64,000 nucleotides of DNA. Origin: Amoebidium appalachense. Its lineage: Eukaryota; Protista; Ichthyosporea. Location: contig CAVNZM010000002.1 of NCBI GenBank assembly GCA_963693365.1, positions 372,001 through 436,000 on the forward strand. Reading direction: 5' to 3'. The notes below the pieces were generated by a model. It saw nothing but the letters and a program-made list of their open reading frames with translations. It was not told the DNA's origin and did no database searches. A program made the position numbers and the translations under genes. This document shows positions 57,021-64,000 of this stretch, one piece after another. Every line of letters begins with the position of its first letter. The first letter of the stretch is position 1.

Positions 57021-57439
57021 CAGGGTTGGGCTGGGGTTCGCCAGCTTAACCGTATCGCCCTTTGGCCAATCGTAACGGACAATTTCTTAATCGTAATGGG
57101 TGGGTTCTTGGGGAGCTGCAAGCCCCGCCTAAAACGCCCCTCCAGTCGCAAAACTCAAAATACGTGTTTTTACAAATTGAGTACCGCAAGATTACAAGCC
57201 CTGAAAACTTATCGGGGCTCGATATTGCACATGAGAAGCGCTGTAGATATGTTCTTGGGGGGGAATGTGCTGTTCTTGAACAGAAATATTGAAAAAATTA
57301 GGGAAGATTACATATTCAAGCGTTTATAATGCTACACACCTGATACGAAAGCTGTTACGACGGTACCCTGACCTTATTCGTATCGGGGTCTCTCGTTAAT
57401 AGTAAGTACGACGATTTTTTTTTCGTAATCCCTACCCTG
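57021..57439. mobile_element. Non-autonomous hAT-like DNA element (MITE), 419 bp
   Basis: Perfect 8-bp TSD GCACCATG at 57013-57020 and 57440-57447; TIR CAGGGTTGGG...CCCTACCCTG (9/10 match); repeated CGTAA/TTACG subterminal motifs. Confidence 0.85.
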
Positions 57440-58683
57440 GCACCATGCTTGCGCGGATTGGTGAATCTCTTTCTGCGATCTTTTCTAGTCGGCGTTTCTG
57501 AAAAACCCGTCATTTTTGCGATAGGCTGGATTTAAGAGGCTTCCAATGCTGTGAGCAAAATCACGGACACGCGTACCTTAATTGGGAATGGTATAGCTGG
57601 CAGGTAATATGTACAAAGATCAATGGGCTCTCATTATTAGAAAAAGTTTTCAACTGCTCAGAACGTGTTACCATTTATATGCAATAACAATCATCCATTT
57701 GCCGTGACTCCGGATCCGATTCAGTTGAATACCGCATACAATTCGTCAATAATCACACATCTACATTAGCAATCTTACTTTATCGCCAGGCATGCGCTGG
57801 GTTTGAAATTGCTCACGGACCGTTGAACTGTGTCTCAGCTAGTTCAGCTTCCGTTATGTACTGGCCAAGAAAAACTCAAGCTCGATCTCATAATTCAAGT
57901 TCGCAAACATGGTCTGGCTGGGTAGAGCTCTAAAAGACACTGTGGTGTAGGCATGTGTGCGACTTAGACAACGAGAAACACTGTATACGCACCAAGCAAT
58001 ACTCCCCCATACTTCCTCTGATGCTTGGCCTGAGCAGCTCATTCACGGCGGGCACTACAGCACACCTTAAGCGAGGATACTCAGGCTCTCGGACAGGTTG
58101 TCTTCTTACGCACCAACCTATACTTACCGACAGTAGCTTTTACCTCTGCTGTATCCCTCATCCACGCTGCTCATAATTCAGTGCTAGTCACGTTGCAACT
58201 GGCTGCTCGTCCGCACCATACGATAAGTGCCTATGCCTACAATAGCTAGTCCCGGCGGCTCGTGTAGTCCTACTGGTTGCCTACTCCCCCGTCACTTCAG
58301 ACTCCCTTCAGGCTAACAAATGCCTCAGTTTCTTGCCCGGTATTTGCGTTTTATCCTTTGCCCTTGATGTGATGATAAGGTGGGGGCTGTAAGAATTCGG
58401 CTGTCCAGTCGGCAATTTTGGCGTTTAAAGTCTTCCGGTGAAGGTTGCAGCTCCGAGTGTAGGCCCCAAAATAGCGGCCCGAAAATAAAAATCCCTATGT
58501 CAGGAAATCAATGAACGGCCCCATGTGCTTTGCATTCCCTTTCCCTTCCCCTTCCCCCGTTTCCCCAAAAACCAACCCTCCCCACGTCGGTATCCCCCTT
58601 GACGTGGTTGCTCTGGTGCAACGATCCTAGCCCAGTAGGTGCCGGTCTGAACTGCCCAGAGGCTGGTCACTTGAGATGGGGGA

Positions 58684-58730
<47 letters not shown>

Positions 58731-59459
58731 ATTACAGCCGAAGGTGCAACTTCCTCTCACCGTGATTTCTCTTTCTTCTCACCCACTATCTAGCAAGGAC
58801 GCCCCTCTAAAGAGTGGTCGGTCCGTGTGTGAGGCCGACTTTTCAACTTTTGTGTCCCCTTCCCCCCCACTTCCCCCGGTGCATGTTCCTAAACACACCC
58901 ACTCAACCATGAGTCCTTGGTGCAAGGCTCTTTTATACACTGAGTAGCGACAAACCACAATTATTCTGTTTTGTGTCACGGAATATAGCCGGTCATTACC
59001 GTTGGACACCCTGCACCCGTGTTTTTTGCGCATGAACGCACACGTGTGCGTGAGTGAGCCGTAGCGCTGCTTTTGGGTTCGATGATAACCGTTAACGTTG
59101 TTGGTGTGCCACTGCGATATTATGTTATCTGTGCTTCTGGGAAAGCGTCGGGTTTAGGTTGGGGTTTAGTTTGTGTCTGCCTGTGTGGGTGTGATAAGTG
59201 TTATGTCGCAGTGCTCTAGCCGGTGTTTGCCATAGACCATACGGGAATGCCGTAGACCGTGTGTACTTCCATAACACATCCTGGCCCGTAGTTTCAATAG
59301 TCCAAGACTACCACGTTGAAGCAGCCATTGCATCACAGTTCTGCAAATCATTCACCCAGGCTTAACCAGAGCCCTTCCAAGAACTAGATATTGGCAAAGA
59401 CAACGCTTGAGAGGCACCAACTAGCACTAGTAGACGAGGAGAGCGAGAAAGAAGAGAGA

Positions 59460-59460
<1 letters not shown>

Positions 59461-59496
<36 letters not shown>

Positions 59497-59599
59497 GTAT
59501 ATGCAGAGAGAGGAACTGTGCCGGAACTCGAGTGAGAGAGGGGGGGAAGTGCACGTGAGAGGGAGGAAGAGAGAGGCCCCGGGGAGGGGGGGGGGACGG

Positions 59600-59659
<60 letters not shown>

Positions 59660-60239
59660 AATAGAGAGAGAGAAATGGAGAGAGAGAGAGGGGGGGGGGG
59701 GGGGGGGGGGGGGGAGGGAGGGAGAGAGAGAGAGGGAGAGAGGGAGAGAGAGGGAGGGAGGGAGGGAGGGAGAAAGAGAGAGAGGGGGAGAGAGAGAGGG
59801 AAAGGGGGAGAGAGAGGGAGAGGGGGGGAGAGTGAGAGGGGGAGAGAGGGAGAGGGGGAGGGGGAGGGAGAGAGAGAGAGAGGGAGAGAGGGAGAGAACG
59901 AGAGAGGGAGAGGGAGGGAGAGGGAGAGGGAGGGAGAGGGAGGGGGAGGGAGAGGGAGAGGGAGAGGGAGAGGGAGAGGGAGGGAGAGGGAGAGGGAGAG
60001 GGAGAGGGAGAGGGAGAGGGAGAGGGAGAGGGAGAGGGAGAGGGAGAGGGAGAGGGAGAGGGAGAGGGAGAGGGAGAGGGAGAGGGAGAGGGAGAGGGAG
60101 AGGGAGAGGGAGAGGGAGAGGGAGAGGGAGAGGGAGAGGGAGAGGGAGAGGGAGAGGGAGAGGGAGAGGGAGAGGGAGAGGGAGAGGGAGAGGGAGAGGG
60201 AGAGGGAGAGGGAGAGGGAGAGGGAGAGGGAGAGGGAGA

Positions 60240-60281
<42 letters not shown>
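59461..60281. repeat. Polypurine tract including a long (GAGAGG)n hexamer array and (GA)n
   Basis: Almost pyrimidine-free + strand; the hexamer array spans roughly 59950-60240. Confidence 0.95.
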
Positions 60282-60284
<3 letters not shown>

Positions 60285-61159
60285 TCAGAGCCTCAGAGGC
60301 CCAGTCACTTGCAATTGCTCATTTAGATCATCAAAACTGGATACTATGATTATGTATCATATCTCCGGATCTTGCAGCTGGATCCTGATGGCTCCCTCCA
60401 ACGTGTGTAAGTGCAGGCATGGCAGGCGACTTGCACACTTCTCCGGGCATGGCCAACACGAAGCACGCACGAGTCGCGGCACGACACGTCCGCACATGCA
60501 CGTGCACGCAAAATAAAGACAGACACGGCCGGGCACGTGCACTGCAACGTGCCGCGACGAGTACTCCCAGCTTGGCAGCAAGAACCTTATCAGACCATTT
60601 ATGGCTAAGTGGCTAGCCAATCAGATGGTTTTTGATATAACGTGGTATGTGGTTGTCGTAGCCAGCCCTCGACGCTAATAGTGGCAGCCTCGTATTTCAA
60701 GGCTACACCTAATTTACTAAAAGCTCCTTTGTTCCCTCACAGTCGAGGATTTCGTTGATGTTACTTTTTATATTAGACTAGATGCTTAGTTTTCCCAGAA
60801 AAAGTGCACTGTTTTAGAACGATAAAGTTCAAGGATGGAATGCAATAAAGAAATGAGCGATAATCACGAAACCATAACAATGAATTTGATTGGGTTCAAT
60901 CCATTTTAGTTCTTCAATCATCAACCATATTGTTTTGGTGGCAAATCCTTTTTGAAATTGGACTTCTCCGGCGAAGCTCCACAGTCTCAAGGCAGGACTC
61001 CGGAGACCGGAGGCGAAAAACTCCAGTGGGTGCTAAAGCTTAACAGGTAGCTATTAATGAAAAATTAAGTGAATTTTTCGTTCAATTTTTCCGTTTTAAG
61101 GTGTTTCTGAGGTACTAGGATATCTGCGCCTCACGATTCATCTCTCTGAGTGTTGCCGA

Positions 61160-61249
61160 CAGGGTTCGAAGTTACGAAAAAAATCGGAATTTCCGATATT
61201 TGAAAACACAGTTCCGAAAATCGTCCCGGACGAATCGGAACGCCGAGAG

Positions 61250-61286
<37 letters not shown>

Positions 61287-62233
61287 GGGAAGCTTCTCAC
61301 GACTTCGCAGGTCTCATCATACACGGGGCATACACCGCCCACACAAGCTGCACACGTACGTACGTGTCTCCCTGTCCCTGTAGAATGTTCAATGGCAGAC
61401 CCTGACTACAGCGCCAGCCTAGCACATGTACATGTTGTCACACCAAGCACATTTATGCACACCCACGCGCGCACACGCACACACACACACACACAGACAC
61501 ACACACAAACATTCACACACACACAGCGGTGACACCATATATGCATCATAGCCATGCATGGCCACATGAACATACAATGCATATGCCTGCGCATGCCTAT
61601 AGGCCGGCCTCCACTTCAAAACTTCCCCCCCCAGAAATCGAACCCCATTCCCCCCTCCTCCGCTGCCCACCGTTCCCTCCACCAGTGCTGCCCCTCCTTC
61701 TCCCCCACCGCCGCTCCGGCCTCACCCCCTCCCCCCTCCCCTCCCCCCCTCTCAGGAATCCCCCCCCCCCCCTCTAGTACTCCCCCCCCCCCCCCCTCCC
61801 CCCCCCCCCCCCCCCTCCCCCCCCCCCCCCCCCCCCCTTCCTCCCCAGGAAGGCCTAGACATGGAATGGATCTAGATGCTCAGAGTCGACGGACACCAGG
61901 TGCAGGTGCCACGTGTATCACGATCAGTGGCACGCGTCTTAAATGGCAGGCAATACACACACTGTGCACCACTGTGTTCCGTTCAAAGACGTCACACATG
62001 CACATACATGCACAGCTGTGCCACCACACATGTGACCTAGGCTAGTACACGTGCACAGGCACATACTATCTCAGATCATGCATGATAACTGTATTACAAA
62101 CGTGCACATGCATCCACCCACAATCACATGCTATGCACCCACCCACCCACACAAACACACACACACACACACACACACACTTACACCGCACGCACACACC
62201 ATGTACACGGCGCACGCACACACACCCCGTGGC

Positions 62234-62268
<35 letters not shown>

Positions 62269-62462
62269 CATTGTCAAGAAACCGTTGGTACAAACACACA
62301 CACCCACACTGGCATGTACACAAAAATACACAGACACACACACCCTGCATACATACACACCACACTGCACACACACACACATACATACACACACTGGACA
62401 TACATACACACACACCATAACCGTTGACACAAAACACACACACACATGCACACAATGTCATG

Positions 62463-62493
<31 letters not shown>

Positions 62494-63265
62494 ACATGTG
62501 CACACATGCACACAACATAGACACACACACACCGATTACCGCTGACACAAATACACACACCCACACCTGTACACATACACACAATCACACACACCGTGCA
62601 TACATACCCACCACACACACACACACAATTGCAAAGAAAAATATTCACACACACACAAACACAAACACACCACCCAACGTAATTTTCTTCCCCCCCCCCC
62701 CCCCCCCCTCCCCCCCCCCCCTTCAGGGACCCAATCCGAATCGGGGAAGGCACAAATTGCGTAATACGTCTATTCGTAACATGATTCATGATCATGCATA
62801 TGTTCATCAAATAAAAGAAAATGCGTGCACTGGGAAAAAATAAGGCCACGGACACAGTAACACACACAGGAACTAGATACATATGCACACATAGTATATA
62901 TCCTCATATACACTGGCACTGCCGCACATATGTGTAAGAGGACGTGACCGTACGTATATACGTAGACAAAATATATATACTGTATATATGTGTGCATTAA
63001 TGCACTTCATATTTCCCTTTTATTCCTTCAAAGCTTCAACTGCCAACACCAGGAAGGCCTCTAATAACCACAGGGGTTTTTGAGTATGCATTATAATAAC
63101 ATTTTGATGCATTATAGGCACAAATAAGCATGCCCTAGTTTACTGATGCGCGACGATTACGATTTTTGGTGGGCCTGCTTTGACGGAGCATTCCGATTTT
63201 CGAAGAGGTTTTCCGAAACGGGATTTCGACTTCCGTTAATGGGCTCCACCGTCCTTCGAACCCTG
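61160..63265. mobile_element. Possible 2.1-kb non-autonomous hAT-like element
   Basis: Perfect 12-bp inverted repeat CAGGGTTCGAAG (61160-61171) / CTTCGAACCCTG (63254-63265), shared subterminal AAAATCGGAAT in inverted orientation, same CAGGGTTCGA start as the 16193 element. Flanking 8-mers do not match. Confidence 0.5.
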
Positions 63266-63328
63266 GAACTTGCGGAATGCCAATGCATCATCTTTTGCTT
63301 CGCTCCATCCGCAATCTCCGCACTCTCA

Positions 63329-63336
63329 TATATAAA
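63329..63336 (+). promoter_or_regulatory. Candidate TATA box
   Basis: TATATAAA about 115 nt upstream of the ATG at 63448. Confidence 0.5.
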
Positions 63337-63447
63337 CAGTGTCAGCCCCGCGATAAAACAAGTTGCCTGTGGTTTTCGTTTCGAAGTTTCTCTCTTTCAG
63401 TCGCCACACTTTGCAACTAATTAGTTAGAGTATAGAAACAAAAAAAC

Positions 63448-63612
63448 ATGCGTTTTGAGGCCGCTTTTCTTGCGGTGGGGCTTTGTGCCTCCGCCGCATA
63501 CGCCGAGACGATTCAACTGGGGCTGAAGACGCTCTATTTGTACAACAAAGACAGCACCGAGCAGATGACATTTGGAAAGTCCATTTTCATGGGGCTGGAC
63601 ACACCATACGTG
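63448..63612 (+). CDS. First exon of a secreted protein of unknown function (remaining exons probably beyond the window)
   Basis: A-rich start context AAAAACATG, signal peptide MRFEAAFLAVGLCASAAYA-ET, canonical donor GTGAGT at 63613. Confidence 0.7.
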
Positions 63613-64000
63613 GTGAGTGCACAAAGTAAACGGCGAGGTTTGGAACCGAGGCGCAGGTGTAGGTGGAGAAATGGGGGATAATGGCTAATTTGTAGTGGGT
63701 GATGCAGAGGTTGGAAAGAGATTCTTTGCAGCAAGGGAAGGAAAACTGTAGGGATAAGGATGTGATGTGCATCAAATACAAGAAACCATCGTTTTCACCC
63801 CCACCAAAATTTATGTATGTTTCATCATACGTTCGAACAGGTGTCAAATACCGAAATAGTTCCATCTTTTGGCTCTAACGTTGAAAGGATATGGTTTGAG
63901 TTTTGTTGAGTTTCACCCAATGCACACACAAGAGCTGACACGCATGCACGTGCACACTCTGATTCTCAAGCACACACAAAGAGCCGTTTCTTCTGGAATA

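Noticed and set aside
57850-58700. Higher-complexity region with short minus-strand ORFs and a GTAAGT donor near 58127
   Set aside because: No consistent exon chain or recognisable motif could be built; an unrecognised gene or decayed element is not excluded.
63185-63280. nGAAn/nTTCn cluster resembling a heat-shock element
   Set aside because: Spacing is not a clean alternating 5-bp array and is better explained as subterminal repeats of the putative transposon end.

Overview
Eukaryotic, intron-rich genomic DNA saturated with (CA)n/(GT)n microsatellites and poly-C/poly-G tracts, so most ORFs in the supplied track are low-complexity artefacts; genes were rebuilt by joining GT-AG exons by hand. 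Gene content suggests a non-animal, non-fungal unicellular lineage, possibly a unicellular holozoan such as an ichthyosporean (inference only). In order: 3' end of a Upf1/Sen1-like SF1 helicase (+), TMEM33/Pom33 homologue (-), a small LEA/dehydrin-like hydrophilin (+), a truncated non-LTR retrotransposon (+), a ~17 kb EF-hand NADPH oxidase gene (NOX5/RBOH-like, +), an RGS-domain gene (+), a secreted 7-blade FG-GAP beta-propeller protein (-), a secreted animal-type heme peroxidase (-), and the first exon of another secreted protein (+). Two hAT-like MITEs carry perfect 8-bp target-site duplications. Best leads: (1) a Ca2+-NOX plus secreted peroxidase plus secreted FG-GAP neighbourhood resembling a 'split DUOX' oxidative module; (2) splice sites fused to (GT)n and (CA)n repeats; (3) a poly-C-embedded intronic repeat family, always sense to its host gene, ending in a CTAAC branch-point motif.
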